Shown: positions 1-13,249, counted from the first letter of the stretch. The stretch: 64,000 nucleotides of DNA from Macrostomum lignano (GCA_002269645.1 NIVC01001532.1:142384-206383), one strand, 5' to 3'. Made by a program: numbers and translations. The notes: a model not told the origin generated them from the letters alone.

Positions 1-14
1 ATTCTTTTCTATAG

Positions 15-229
15 GGGAGCTGTGCAAGATCCGGCAGCCGCAGCAGCAGCTGAGCAATAATGGAGCTGTTGGTGCCGGGGCGGCCGCGGCGGCTGCTGCG
101 GCTGCTGCTGCTGCTGGGGCGGCTTCGTTTTGCACGGTGGTGTCGGCGCACGCGGCGCCTGTGCTGGCTCTGGCCGCCTATCCTAGCAGGGGAGTGCTCA
201 GCGGGGGTGCCGATGGAGCCGTGTTTCAG
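15..229 (+). CDS. Internal exon of a WD40-repeat protein gene (5' part lies outside the window)
   Basis: ttctatAG acceptor at 13-14 and CAG|GTGAGT donor at 229/230. The frame reads ...VVSAHAAPVLALAAYPSRGVLSGGADGAVFQ, a WD40-type repeat (xH..V..L...LSG..DG.V), after a poly-Ala tract. Confidence 0.75.
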
Positions 230-469
230 GTGAGTACCGACTGGGACCAAATAGAGGTACTTAAAATCGCTTATATTATCGATTCTCTGGATTCTAATTT
301 TCTCATTATCGATTATTATTGTGCTGAATTATAGGTTATCGATACTTTGATTAATCTGTTGCGTTAATTATCGATTGTAACATTTATTAATTATCGAATC
401 TAAATACTCCAATCAGTTAATTATGGATTTTGAGTTGCCGAAATTCGTAAATTATCTATTCTAAATAAC

Positions 470-785
470 GAATTTTGTATCACTGAACTCGTTAATTATC
501 GGTTCTGAATGACTGAAATCGTAAATTCTCGATTTTGAATCACCGGATTCGTTAATTCTCGATTTTAAATGACTAAATACGTTAATTATCGATTCTGAAT
601 GACCAAAATAGTTAATTATTGATTCTGAATGACCAAAATAGTTAATTATCGATTCTGAATGACCAAAATAGTTAATTATCGATTCTGAATGACCAAAATA
701 GTTAATTATTGATTCTGAATGACCAAATTCGTTAATTATCGATTCTGAATGACTGGATGCGTTAATTATCGATTCATAATCGTCA
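470..785. repeat. 30-bp intronic minisatellite (GTTAATTATCGATTCTGAATGACCAAAATA)
   Basis: Unit starts at 551, 581, 611, 641 and so on, with degenerate copies on both flanks. Confidence 0.9.
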
Positions 786-912
786 TATTCCTTAATTGTC
801 CGTTACGAATTAATTTACCTGTCAAATATCGGTTGAAAAGAAGTTAATCTCACGCACATCTATACTTTCCCTTCTCCATCAGCCTTCTCCCCACCCCCTC
901 CTACCCGCGCAG

Positions 913-1380
913 GTGAGCCCCGCTGATGACAGATCGTCTAGCGGCTTCCGGCAGAAGCGGCTGGTGTGGCAGCGCCAACCGGTGCTGTCGGTGTCGGTGT
1001 CAAGTCGGCACGCCGTCTGCGGCTTGGCCAACGGCCAGTTGCTCCTTCTGCGTCTGTGCACTGGCGCCTGGCGACTGCTCAGCTGCTGCCAACAACAGCA
1101 GCAGCAACCGCAGCAACCCTTGCAACCCTTGCTATGCACCTGGTCGCCGCCTTGTCTGTTGCCTAGCAACGACGCCATTGTGACGTCTTCGTCGTCGGGA
1201 TTGAACGGTTTGGACGTCTGGTGCCTGGCCAGGCGGCGTCGGCTGTCCCGGGTGCGCCTGGCAACTGACTGGATTCGAAGCGACCCGGTGCAGCCTGTCT
1301 GCCTGCTGTCCCAGGAGTCCATGCTGCTGTGCAAGTGCGGGCCCTGCCTGCTGCTGGTGCCCGAGTGCCAGCTTACCTGA
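913..1380 (+). CDS. Terminal coding exon of the same WD40-repeat gene
   Basis: Pyrimidine tract plus gcAG acceptor at 911-912, phase 0 matching the previous exon. 155 codons, GC-rich, beta-strand-like segments with a polyQ insert, ending in TGA. Confidence 0.65.
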   Translation: MSPADDRSSSGFRQKRLVWQRQPVLSVSVSSRHAVCGLANGQLLLLRLCTGAWRLLSCCQQQQQQPQQPLQPLLCTWSPPCLLPSNDAIVTSSSSGLNGLDVWCLARRRRLSRVRLATDWIRSDPVQPVCLLSQESMLLCKCGPCLLLVPECQLT

Positions 1381-1439
1381 GCTAGCGGCCTGCTGTCTCC
1401 ACGGTTGACCTCTGTGTAGTTCACCTCTGAATGACCTCT

Positions 1440-1965
1440 TATGACCCCGCTCTTGACCTCTACTGACCCTGCTCTTGACCTCTACTGACCCCGCTCTTGA
1501 CCTCTACTGACCCTGCTCTTGACCTCTACTGACCCTGCTCTTGACCTCTACTGACCCTGCTCTTGACCTCTTGTGACCCCGCTCTTGACCTCTACTGACC
1601 CCGCTCTTGACCTCTACTGACCCTGCTCTTGACCTCTACTGACCCCGCTCTTGACCTCTACTGACCCCGCTCTTGACCTCTACTGACCCTGCTCTTGACC
1701 TCTACTGACCCTGCTCTTGACCTCTACTGACCCTGCTCTTGACCTCTACTGACCCTGCTCTTGACCTCTACTGACCCCGCTCTTGACCTCTACTGACCCT
1801 GCTCTTGACCACTACTGACCCCGCTCTTGACCTCTACTGACCCCGCTCTTGACCTCTACTGACCCTGCTCTTGACCTCTACTGACCCTGCTCTTGACCTC
1901 TACTGACCCTGCTCTTGACCTCTACTGACCCTGCTCTTGACCTCTACTGACCCTGCTCTTAGCCT
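1440..1965. repeat. 22-bp minisatellite (CTGACCCTGCTCTTGACCTCTA) just downstream of the WD40 stop
   Basis: Direct tandem units visible. Confidence 0.92.
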
Positions 1966-2819
1966 CTTATGACCCCGTTTTGAACCCACTCTCGACTCTT
2001 AGAATTCACTCCTTGACCCCCCCCTATCCCGTTCTTGACCTTTCGTGACCCTTGTCATAAAGAGAGTCAATGAAGTCGAGAACCGCTTGACAACAACACA
2101 CCTGGATTATGCGGCTCTCCGTTGCATTTTTGTTTCTAAGAAAATCCTGTATTTTTCAAATCCTTCCAATTGTCCATAAAGATTTCCAGTTTTGCTTCAC
2201 TGCTTTAATCGCATAGGAGTTGTCAATTACCTGGTAATAAACTTATTTATTTTTTTTCCTTAGTTGTTGACTTTGTTTTTTTTTTTACTTACAATACTTT
2301 TGCGCTAATCTGTACGCGTCTATAAGTAGTATGTGCAGAGTATCCTTGGATTTATTTGCTGTGCATGGCATTCAAGAAGATTATCTATGTATCTAACTAT
2401 TAGCCCACTGGGAATTAGCCTGGATGTTGCATTGCTTTGTTCAATACTTTTTATCAATTGCTTGTTTACGTGATTTTTTATTTACTGTTTTGTCCATATG
2501 CAAGATAAATAATAATCTATACTAGTTAAATAAATAGTAGAACACAAGCCGTCAGATCCGTAAGTGCTCAGTCGTTGCGTGTTAAACTCAGAACTGCGTT
2601 GAACAGCTGACATCGGATGCATGACCTTGTCGTCACTTACATAGTCTTTAAACTGTAAGCTACTTTGTTAAATAGAAAACAAATTGACTAATATGTTTTT
2701 CAATTGATGTCTTTACTGAGAATACGTTAGATAGGTAGTTGCAACCAATTAACTGATAATAATAATTAATTACACCTGCCCTAATGGACAGGTGTGCAAT
2801 TATTGCGCGGCGCATCTGA

Positions 2820-3036
2820 AGGCTGCGTACGGCTGTTCAGTCCAAGGACTGGGGGGTCGCCACACACAGCCTCAAATACCCCAGCTAATGCTGGTACCCA
2901 TTTTACAGCTGGGTGAACTGAAGCAATGCAGAGTTAAGTGTCTTGCTCAAGGCCACAAATTGTTCTGAATGGGTTGAGAATCGAACCCCCGACCTTTCAG
3001 TCGTGAGTCCGACCTCTAACCACTAGGCTACAAACC
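2820..3036 (-). mobile_element. tRNA-derived CORE-type SINE
   Basis: Minus strand: A box TAGCCTAGTGG and B box GGTTCGATTCTC, then TGGCCTTGAGCAAGACACTTAACTCTGCATTGCTTCAGTTCACCCAGCTGTAAAATGGG, which resembles the MIR/CORE domain (TGACCTTGGGCAAGTCACTTAAC...CTGTAAAATGGG). The 3' part recurs at 62144-62228. The 3' boundary is approximate. Confidence 0.8.
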
Positions 3037-3299
3037 TTATAAGTTCCTAGAAAGACAGACAAACAGTCAGACAGACAGACAATCAATCAGATTCATGACA
3101 CAGACACATAGGCGGACAGAGACAAACCAAGTAGCTTGTGCTTAGTTTTAACCAAGTAGAACTTGCATCATTTTGTTCATCTCTAAGCTCAGAGTTGCTG
3201 AAAGACTGCTCAAGACTGCTAATGGTGTTATTTTATACTCCTGCATTGCAAGGGCCGATGTTGGGCAACTTGTAAAATTTACATAAATATATTGCTTAA

Positions 3300-4560
3300 A
3301 ATGAGATTGAAAATGTGAGATTGAGATTGAGAGGGTCAGATTGAGTTTGAGATTGAGAGGGTGAGATTGAGAGTGCGAAATTGAAAGTATGAGATTGAGA
3401 GGGTCAGATTGAGTTTGAGATTGAGAGGGTGAGATTGAAAGTGCGAAATTGAAGTATGAGATTGAGAGGGTGAGATTGATATTGAAAATGTGAGATTGAG
3501 ATTGAGAGGGTGAGATTGAGATTGAGAGGGTGAGATTGAGATTGAAAATGTGAGATTGAGATTGAGAGGGTCAGATTGAGTTTGAGATTGAGAGGGTGAG
3601 ATTGAGATTGAAAATGTGAGATTGAGAGGGTCAGATTGAGTTTGAGATTGAGAGGGTGAGATTGAGATTGAAAATGTGAGATTGAGATTGAGAGGGTCAG
3701 ATTGAGTTTGAGATTGAGAGGGTGAAATTGAGATTGAAAATGTGAGATTGAGATTGAGAGGGTCAGATTGAGTTTGAGATTGAGAGGGTGAGATTGAGAT
3801 TGAAAATGTGAGATTGAGATTGAGAGGGTCAGATTGAGTTTGAGATTGAGAGGGTGAGATTGAGATTGAAAATGTGAGATTGAGATTGAGAGGGTCAGAT
3901 TGAGTTTGAGATTGAGAGGGTGAAATTGAGATTGAAAATGTGAGATTGAGATTGAGAGGGTCAGATTGAGTTTGAGATTGAGAGGGTGAGATTGAGATTG
4001 AAAATGTGAGATTGAGATTGAGAGGGTCAGATTGAGTTTGAGATTGAGAGGGTGAGATTGAGATTGAAAATGTGAGATTGAGATTGAGAGGGTCAGATTG
4101 AGTTTGAGATTGAGAGGGTGAAATTGAGATTGAAAATGTGAGATTGAGATTGAGAGGGTCAGATTGAGTTTGAGATTGAGAGGGTGAAATTGAGATTGAA
4201 AATGTGAGATTGAGATTGAGAGGGTCAGATTGAAAGTGTAAGTTTGAGATTGAAAATGTGAGATTGAGATTGAGAGGGTCAGATTGAAAGTGTAAGTTTG
4301 AGATTGAAAATGTGAGATTGAGATTGAGAGGGTCAGATTGAAAGTGTAAGTTTGAGATTGAAAATGTGAGATTGAGATTGAGAGGGTCAGATTGAAAGTG
4401 TAAGTTTGAGATTGAAAATGTGAGATTGAGATTGAGAGGGTCAGATTGAAAGTGTAAGTTTGAGATTGAAAATGTGAGATTGAGATTGAGAGGGTCAGAT
4501 TGAAAGTGTAAGTTTGAGATTAAAATTAAAAATGTGAGCTTGAAAGTGAGATTGAGAAGG
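3300..4560. repeat. GAGATT-based satellite with 66-bp and 54-bp higher-order units
   Basis: TGAAAATGTG recurs at 3801 and 3867 (66 bp). GTGTAAGTTT recurs at 4236 and 4290 (54 bp). Confidence 0.9.
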
Positions 4561-5214
4561 GATTGAGATTATGAAGAGTTCGCTTTAGCACACTAGAGAA
4601 AGAGAGAGGGGAAAGGAGAGAGAGAGAGAGAGTTAAGTCTAGTGTCTAAACGCTCGAACTCCCACTTCCAGACACTTAAGCCTGGGAACAAAATCAGTGA
4701 TCACTTACTGTTGCGGGCTCCTCTTCTTTGTCGCGCGTGTCTGCTGAGCTCACCTTCTTAAGTCCGCTTCCTCCGGAGTAGTCTTCTTGAAGTCCTTGAA
4801 GTCCAAAATCGGCCGAATGTGAGAGTGTAACAATCCGTCGAAGTATTCCTCGAGTGCAAAAGTCAAATTGGACAATAACAGCCGGCAATAAAATCGCTCA
4901 ATTAATCGAAATAACGAAGACTTGAACAACGCTTATCTATTGATAATATTATCTCTCAGAGATATAGCCTCGGTTAGCTGCTCTGGCAAAACACAAGATC
5001 TTTTGAGGCTGCTCCGAGTCTGAGATTTCAGCTCGGATTTTGGTTTGTATTTATAGACAATTTTTTGGTACATGACTCATATTTCATCATCAGTGGTAAG
5101 ATGACTCATCTTTCATCATAAGTCGCAACATGATTCATCTTCCCTCATCGTTTTGCTACGCATGTTTACATTAGTCTACTCACAGTAGCATCTTATGATA
5201 CTCTACAATTAAGA

Positions 5215-7010
5215 GTGTGAGATTGAGAGGCAGAGATTGAAATTGTGAGATTGAGAGGGTCAGATTGAGAGTGCGAGATTGAGCGGGTGAGATTGAGATT
5301 GATAGTTTGAGATTGAGATTGAAAATGTGAGATTGAGATTGAGAGGGTGAGATTGAGATTGAAAATGTGAGATTGAGATAGAGAGGGTGAGATTGAGATT
5401 GAAAATGATAGATTGAGAGGGTGAGATTAAGAGTGTGAGATTGAGAGGAGGAGATTGAAATTGTGAGATTGAGAGGGTCAGATTGAAAGTGTGAGATTGT
5501 GCGGGTGAGATTGAGAGTGAGATTGAGATTGAAAATGTGAGATTGAGATTGAAAATGTGAGATTGAGATTTAGAGTGTGAGATTGAGATTGAGAGTGTGA
5601 GATTGAGATTGAGAGTTTGAGATTTAGATTGAGAGTGTGAGATTTAGATTGAGAGTTTGAGATTGAGAGTGTGAGAATGAGATTGAAAATGTGAGATTGA
5701 GATTGAGAGGGTGAGATTGAAAGTGTGAGATTGAGAGGGTGAGATTGAAAGTGTGAGATTGAGAGGGTCAGATTGAGAGTGCGAGATTGAGAGGGTGAGA
5801 TTGAGATTGAAAATGTGAGATTGAGATTGAGAGGGTGAGATTGAAAGTGTGAGATTGAGAGGGTGATATTGAGAGTGTGAGAAAAAAGCGGTTGAGATTG
5901 AGAGTGTGAGATTGAGAGTTTGAGATTGAGAATGTGAGATTGAGATTGAAAATGTGAGATTGTGATTGAGAGGGTGAGATTGAGATTGAAAATGTGAGAT
6001 TGAGATTGAGAGGGTGAGATTGAAAGTGTGAGATTGAGAGGGTGAGATTGAGAGTGTGAGATAAAGCGGGTGAGATTGAGATTGAAAGTTTGAGATTGAG
6101 AGGGTGAGATTGAGATTGAAAATTTGAGATTGAGAGTGTGAGATTGAGATTGAGAGTGTGAGATTGAGAGTGTGAGATTGAGAGTGTGAGATTGAGATTG
6201 AGAGGGTGAGATTGAGATTGAAAATGTGAGATTGAGATTTAGAGTGTGAGATTGAGATTGAGAGTGTGAGATTGAGATTGAGAGTTTGAGATTTTGATTG
6301 AGAGTGTGAGATTTAGATTGAGAGTTTGAGATTGAGAGGGTGAGAATGAGATTGAAAATGTGAGATTGAGATTGAGAGGGTGAGATTGAGATTGAAAATG
6401 TGAGATTGAGATTGAGAGGGTGAGATTGAAAGTGTGAGATTGAGATTGAGAGGGTGAGATTGAAAGTGTGAGATTGAGAGGGTGAGATTGAGAGTGTGAG
6501 ATAAAGCGGGTGAGATTGAGAGTGTGAGATCGAGATTGAAAGTTTGAGATTGAGATTGAGAGGGTGAGATTGAGATTGAGAGTGTGAGATTGAGATTGAG
6601 AGTTTGAGATTTAGATTGAGAGTGTGAGATTTAGATTGAGAGTTTGAGATTGAGAGGGTGAGAATGAGATTGAAAATGTGAGATTGAGATTGAGAGGGTG
6701 AGATTGAGATTGAGAATGTGAGATTGAGATTGAGAGGGTGAGATTGAAAGTGTGAGATTGAGAGGGTGAGATTGAGAGTGTGAGATAAAGCGGGTGAGAT
6801 TGAGAGTGTGAGATTGAGATTGAAAGTTTGAGATTGAGAGGGTGAGATTGAGATTGAAAATGTGAGATTGAGATTGAGAGTGTGAGATTGAGAGTGTGAG
6901 ATTGAGATTGAGATTGAGAGTTTGAGATTCAGAGGGTGAGATTGAGATTGAAAATGTGAGATTGAGATTGAGAGTATGAGATTGAGATTGAGAGGGTGAG
7001 ATTGAAATGA
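5215..7010. repeat. GAGATT-based satellite, second block, less ordered
   Basis: Same GAGATT/GAGAGGGT/GAAAATGT monomers. Confidence 0.9.
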
Positions 7011-7559
7011 GTATGCAACCGAGGAGCGAATTGTTCCGGACCCGTCTAAAAAGCACTATCCTGAGCGCTGCCCAGTAAGGATCAAGGATCTGCAGTTCTA
7101 ATTGCAGGTATAGGAGCTACTCCTATAAGATGCCATCCTCTTGACGCTCGAAAGCAGTTAATTATCAGTCAATTCAATCAAATATATCTAAAATTATTAT
7201 TAGGATATTAGCCTTCAGGCAAAATTGGGCGTTGCCAAACGTTTTGTCTTCTTTGTCTAACGACCGCGTGCAGACGGTGAGCATTTGCGGAATGAATAGC
7301 TAAAATTTCTATACTTCACAACATTGTTGCCGTTTTTGTCCGTTGACTTGCCTAGCAGCCAATCAATGCTCCTTGGAGCTGTACTTTTGCCTTCCATTCT
7401 GCTCAGATTTTGACGGGCGTTGCAGTGGAAGGATTCTAATAAACTGTTTCGTTTGCTATTGTCTCAGGTGTTAACATCACCTTGGATACCTGCATACTGG
7501 CTGCAGTCTCAGAGTTAAAGCGAAAATGCTGCGTCTCTATGGCAAGGTTAGATCGAGTG

Positions 7560-8400
7560 AGATTGAGATAGGCGAGACTGGAACTCAGAGGAGTGAGACT
7601 GGAACACAGAGGAGTGAGACTGGAACACAGAGGAGTGAGACTGGAACACAGAGGAGTGAGACTGGAACTCAGAGGAGTGAGACTGGAACACAGAGGAGTG
7701 AGACTGGAACACAGAGGAGTGAGACTGGAACACAGAGGAGTGAGACTGGAACTCAGAGGAGTGAGACTGGAACACAGAGGAGTGAGATTGAGATAGAGAT
7801 GGTGATGGTGATATTGAAATAGACAGGGGGAAATAGATAGAGGATGAGATTGAGACAGTGGGGGGTGAGATTGAGATAGAGATGGTGATGGTGATATTGA
7901 AATAGACAGGGGGAAATAGATAGAGGATGAGATTGAGACAGTGGGGGGTGAGATTGAGATAGAGGCGGTGAGATTGAGATAGAAATGGTGAGATTGAGAT
8001 AGAGGCGGTGAGATTGAGATAGAAATGGTGAGATTGAGATAGAGGCGGTGAGATTGAGATAGAAATGGTGAGATTGAGATAGAGGCGGTGAGATTAAGAT
8101 AGAAATGGTGAGATTGAGATAGAAATAGTGAGATTGAGATAGAGGCGATGAGATTAAGATAGAGAGGTTGAGATTGAGATAGAAATGGTGAGATTGAGAT
8201 AGAGGCGGTAAGATTGAGATAGAGAGGGTGAGATTAAGATAGAAATTGTGAGATTGAGATAGAGGCGGTGAGATTAAGATAAAGAGGTTGAGATTGAGAT
8301 AGAAATGGTGAGATTAAGATAGAGAGTGTGAGATTAAGATAGAAATGGTGAGATTGAGATAGAAATGGTGAGATTGACATATGAAAAGGTGGGATTAAGA
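7560..8400. repeat. 21-bp minisatellite (GAGACTGGAACACAGAGGAGT) followed by GAGATTGAGATAGA-type repeats
   Basis: Tandem units at 7570-7790, then related ~21-bp units to ~8400. Confidence 0.88.
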
Positions 8401-8931
8401 TAGGATAAGAATAGGATTTATTTTTATCGTTAAAATTCAACATCCGCTTGTTCTCCCATTTTTAAAAGTTAGAGAATAAATTCTAGCCAGCTCTGAGGCA
8501 TAGGAAGCATCTGTACTTGAATAATTGAAACAGAATAATTGAAGGGTAGTGAAAGCAAAAAAGGCACATTGCCTGTAAATATAAGAGGCAGGCAAACACA
8601 GATAAGCTGGTTTCTCATAACGGCATGCGATGCCCCGAAGTCAGGGAAACCCCAAATACATGGCAATCAATCCAAGGCAGTCACAGTCAGTCTACACAGA
8701 TTTCGTCCAAATACAACATCTGTCAGAGAACTGGTTGCCATGCTGCTCAGACCGCCAAGCGAGTGAGCAGTGTAATAAAAATATAGCCTATGCAGACTCC
8801 AAACTGCATCACGCGACCCAGTTATGGTCGGGACTATCGTAGAATAAGTTTTTCTCTCGCTTCGGTGTGGAAGCTGGTTAATGATGCATGATTTACAGGT
8901 AAGAGATGCACTGCACTGCTAGCTGTCAGCT

Positions 8932-9432
8932 GAGGTGGGGAATCTAGTATAGGAGAGATGGGAATCTAGTATAGGGGAGGTGGGGAATCTAGTATAGGGG
9001 AGGTGGGAATCTAGTATAGGGGAGATGGGGAATCTAGTATAGGGGAGATGGGGAATCTAGTATAGGGGAGATGGGGAATCTAGTATAGGGGAGGTGGGGA
9101 ATCTAGTATAGGGGAGATGGGGAATATACTATAGGGGAGGTGGGGAATCTAGTATAGGGGAGATGGGGAATCTAGTATAGGGGAGATGGGGAATCTAGTA
9201 TAGGGGAGGTGGGGAATCTAGTATAGGGGAGATGGGGAATCTAGTATAGGGGAGATGGGGAATCTAGTATAGGGGAGATGGGGAATATACTATAGGGGAG
9301 GTGGGGAATCTAGTATAGGGGAGATGGGGAATCTAGTATAGGGGAGGTGGGGAATCTAGTATAGGGGAGATGGGGAATCTAGTATAGGGGAGATGGGGAA
9401 TCTAGTATAGGGGAGATGGGGAATCTAGTATA
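8932..9432 (+). repeat. 23-bp G-rich minisatellite (GGGGAGATGGGGAATCTAGTATA)
   Basis: CTAGTATA recurs at 9011 and 9034. The reverse-complement array lies at 13250-13870. Confidence 0.92.
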
Positions 9433-9867
9433 GGGGAATTTCACCGAAAACGCACAGAGATGGTAGGAAAAATCGCAGCAAAAGAAAATGCGCAAAAGAC
9501 AGCGATGGAGAACAAGAACATGGCTGAATGGCCACTGCAGGGACTGAGTCCGCTCGGCCGAGTTGCTGGGGAAGTAATTGCCCCGAGAGGCGGGGTTCTC
9601 TGCCCGGATCCCAGTTTGTACCGACGGGGCGGGACGAGAAAAAGTTGGACATGAGGAGCTCCGGCGACGGCCAGTTAAGCCGGCCAAGCAGACCAAACTT
9701 ATTAACGACTTGGCCAGCTGGGGCTGACGGCTGGAAATTGAGGCTGGGCCGGGGGATTAGCGGCCGCCCTCATCCCGGAGGAGCGTGGCCGCCCCGCTCC
9801 GGTCTGACTTTGATGGGCTGAGGAAACTTGCCTGATCGGTTTGGTGCTGTCCTGGATCTCCTGTCTG

Positions 9868-9965
9868 CTATCTATCTATCTATCTATCTATCTGTCTATC
9901 TATCTATTTATCTATCTATCTATTTATCTATCTGTCTATCTATCTATCTATCTATCTATTTATCC

Positions 9966-10001
<36 letters not shown>

Positions 10002-10002
10002 G

Positions 10003-10041
<39 letters not shown>

Positions 10042-10042
10042 G

Positions 10043-10131
<89 letters not shown>

Positions 10132-10137
10132 TTATCC

Positions 10138-10171
<34 letters not shown>

Positions 10172-10177
10172 TTATCC

Positions 10178-10213
<36 letters not shown>

Positions 10214-10214
10214 G

Positions 10215-10292
<78 letters not shown>

Positions 10293-10300
10293 ATCTACCA
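9868..10300. repeat. (TATC)n microsatellite
   Basis: Directly visible. Confidence 0.95.
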
Positions 10301-10714
10301 TCTACAGGTCTTACTGAAAACGCAGTCTCATGTGGCATTCGCAAAGCTGGGGGATGCGTAATGAAATGAAATTTATTATTTACAACAGCTGATTAAATAA
10401 TCCTAGAACAGTTTTCCCTCGAGAGTCGGCTGCGATGACATCAAGCTTAGCATTCGGTTGAGATTAAATTTAAAGATTTATGCAACACTGCACGGAATAA
10501 TACAGCAATTTTGCTTGACATGCTTGCCGCTATCAAACGGAATTTGCTGAGCAATTCTATAAAGCGGAGCGAATGGTCTCGCGGCAGTCGCAGTGCAACG
10601 CAGATATGAATAAATTTCCAAGAAAAAGACTTTGCGTTCTATTAATAGTGATGTTTTTATCTTCTTCAAATACTTCACACTTTGCTATCTTCTATCGGTG
10701 GTTCAGGACTGCAT

Positions 10715-11830
10715 GTCTTTCAGTGGGTGAAGTGTGTCTTTCAGTGGGTGAAGTGTGTCTTTCAGTGGGTGAAGTGTGTCTTTCAGTGGGTGAAGTGTGT
10801 CTTTCAGTGGGTGAAGTGTGTCTTTCAGTGGGTGAAGTGTGTCTTTCAGTGGGTGAAGTGTGTCTTTCAGTGGGTGAAGTGTGTCTTTCAGTGGGTGGAG
10901 TGTGTCTTTCAGTGGGTGGAGTGTGTCTTTCAGTGGGTGGAGTGTGTCTTTCAGTGGGTGAAGTGTGTCTTTCAGTGGGGGAAGTGTGTCTTTCAGTGGG
11001 TGAAGTGTGTCTTTAGATGGGTGGAGTGTGTCTTTCAGTGGGTGAAGTGTGTCTTTAGATGGGTGAAGTGTGTCTTTCAGTGGGTGAAGTGTGTCTTTAG
11101 ATGGGTGAAGTGTGTCTTTCAGTGGGTGAAGTGTGTCTTTCAGTGGGTGAAGTGTGTCTTTCAGTGGGTGAAGTGTGTCTTTCAGTGGGTGAAGTGTGTC
11201 TTTCAGTGGGTGGAGTGTGTCTTTCAGTGGGTGGAGTGTGTCTTTCAGTGGGTGAAGTGTGTCTTTCAGTGGGTGAAGTGTGTCTTTCAGTGGGTGAAGT
11301 GTGTCTTTCAGTGGGTGAAGTGTGTCTTTCAGTGGGTGAAGTGTGTCTTTCAGTGGGTGAAGTGTGTCTTTCAGTGGGTGAAGTGTGTCTTTCAGTGGGT
11401 GAAGTGTGTCTTTCAGTGGGTGAAGTGTGTCTTTCAGTGGGTGGAGTGTGTGTTTCAGTGGGTGGAGTGTGTCTTTCAGTGGGTGAAGTGTGTCTTTCAG
11501 TGGGTGGAGTGTGTCTTTCAGTGGGTGGAGTGTGTCTTTCAGTGGGTGAAGTGTGTCTTTCAGTGGGTGGAGTGTGTCTTTCAGTGGGTGGAGTGTGTCT
11601 TTCAGTGGGTGGAGTGTGTCTTTCAGTGGGTGGAGTGTGTCTTTCAGTGGGTGAAGTGTGTCTTTCAGTGGGTGGAGTGTGTCTTTCAGTGGGTGGAGTG
11701 TGTCTTTCAGTGGGTGGAGTGTGTCTTTCAGTGGGTGAAGTGTGTCTTTCAGTGGGTGGAGTGTGTCTTTCAGTGGGTGAAGTGTGTCTTTCAGTGGGTG
11801 AAGTGTGTCTTTCAGTGGGTGAAGTGTGTC
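10715..11830. repeat. 21-bp minisatellite (TGTGTCTTTCAGTGGGTGAAG)
   Basis: About 50 near-identical units, which explain the 300-400 aa repeat ORFs. Confidence 0.95.
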
Positions 11831-11864
11831 CTTCCGTCGGTCAAGTCTGTCTGCGGATTCCAGA

Positions 11865-12141
11865 TCAGGCCTCTTCAATCTCATTTGTGACCGCGCCCAA
11901 TTTTACAACTCTCCTAGATGAAGCATCTCCGGCTTCACTCTGCTGCTTTTGCTCCAGACGCTGCTGCTGCTGCTGTTGCTGTTGCTGCTTTCGTCTGGCT
12001 GCCAAAGCAGCAGCCTTTGTCTGATTCACGGACGAGCTGAAGGCCAGCCGAGCCGCCAGCACCAGACTGTGGCAGTCGGAGACGCTGGCGCACAGGAAGA
12101 CGTGGCATGTCGGGTTCATGGCGACTGTTCTCGCTGGTTGC

Positions 12142-12174
<33 letters not shown>

Positions 12175-12656
12175 ACCGCCGAAGATTTCACGGCGATCTC
12201 CACGGAAACCAGACAGAACAGTCTTGGCATTCTGGTCTCCATAGCTACGTAGGATATAGTTTCGATTGGATGGAAGGTGGAGGAACCGGATTGTTGATCT
12301 TCAACGCTCAGACCGTGCGGTAGGACCGTCAGCTGCACTCTGGGCAGCTGAGTCGCCGGCTTGCCCGACGCCTGGCTGCTGCGCCTCAGCCGAGCCACCG
12401 CCTTGGCCAGCTGGTCAACCGGGCCTCGGACACTGTCCGAGCCCCCGATGCCGGCCGCCGGAGCGAAGCCAAGTCGTTTAACAACGCTGACCGTCGGCAG
12501 GGTGACCTCTGCCGAATCCTTCAGCTGCTCGGAGGCAGCAGAGGCAGCTCCTTGAACTGATTCTGCTGGCGATGACTCCGCAAGCAGAAACTCATTGAAG
12601 TATTCATCTTCATCAATATCGTCTGCAGCTTCTGGTTCAAGGTGTCCTTCAGACAT
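11865..12656 (-). CDS. Phosphotyrosine-binding (PTB/PID) domain adaptor protein, 263 aa, single coding exon
   Basis: ATG at 12656, TGA at 11865. PTB signature VKRLG...VQLTVLPHGLSVED...HPIETISY...RLFCLV...CHVFLC...LAF resembles LDLRAP1/GULP/Numb-type PTB domains. Acidic N-terminus and polyQ inserts. A TATAAAA lies ~55 bp upstream (not tested). Confidence 0.85.
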
Positions 12657-13249
12657 GTTTCCGCGGACTTCTGGAATTGAGTCCGCCAGGTCCTATTGTC
12701 CAACTGGTTTTATATTCCACTCTCAGCTCTCCCTTTCTCTCTCTCTCTCTCACTTCGCCCCGGCTCCTCAATACTTGAGCAGTTCCTGAGTAGGGGGCAG
12801 GCGGTGTGTCCAAAATAGAAAAAATGACCAAAACAGCCATTCCTGCATGCGTAGTTCCCTCAACTTGGTAAAGTCCTTTCTTTCAGAGCGTGCTAAACAT
12901 GAAGTTGCACAGCACAGGGTCTGAGAACAGCCCACGCATGAGGTGACTAAGAAGGAGATTAACACTGTGAAAATTCCCGCGAAAATGACCAAAAAACTAT
13001 ATTTTCATGCTCACGACCGACCATATTCTACAGAGGTTGATCGTGTGGCAAACAGGCAAGCTGTGAGAAATTATTATAATTTATTGCGATTAAGGTGAGC
13101 TTTTTTGCAAGTCATAAAACTGCAGCGAGAATGACTTTGGCTTAGGTGGCATTACCTTGAGTTACAGAATTAATTTACATATTTTGCATACTGAATCAGT
13201 GCATGCGGATTGCTGATTGCTCAAGCTTAACTTCCATTTCTCACCGACC

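Noticed and set aside
5070-5095. CTGATGA...GAAA on the minus strand (also similar hits near 60485 and 56920-56941)
   Set aside because: No stem II or stem I, or no GAAA, so these are not hammerheads.
9430-9870. GC-rich island with short ORFs
   Set aside because: All frames are interrupted and no domain was recognised. It may be a decayed element but cannot be called.
10573-12024. 300-400 aa ORFs such as (FQWVKCV)n and (KDTLHPL)n
   Set aside because: Translations of a stop-free 21-bp minisatellite, open in several frames on both strands.
12768-12992. 74-aa minus-strand ORF upstream of the PTB gene
   Set aside because: No ATG start and no recognisable motif. It may be UTR or promoter sequence.
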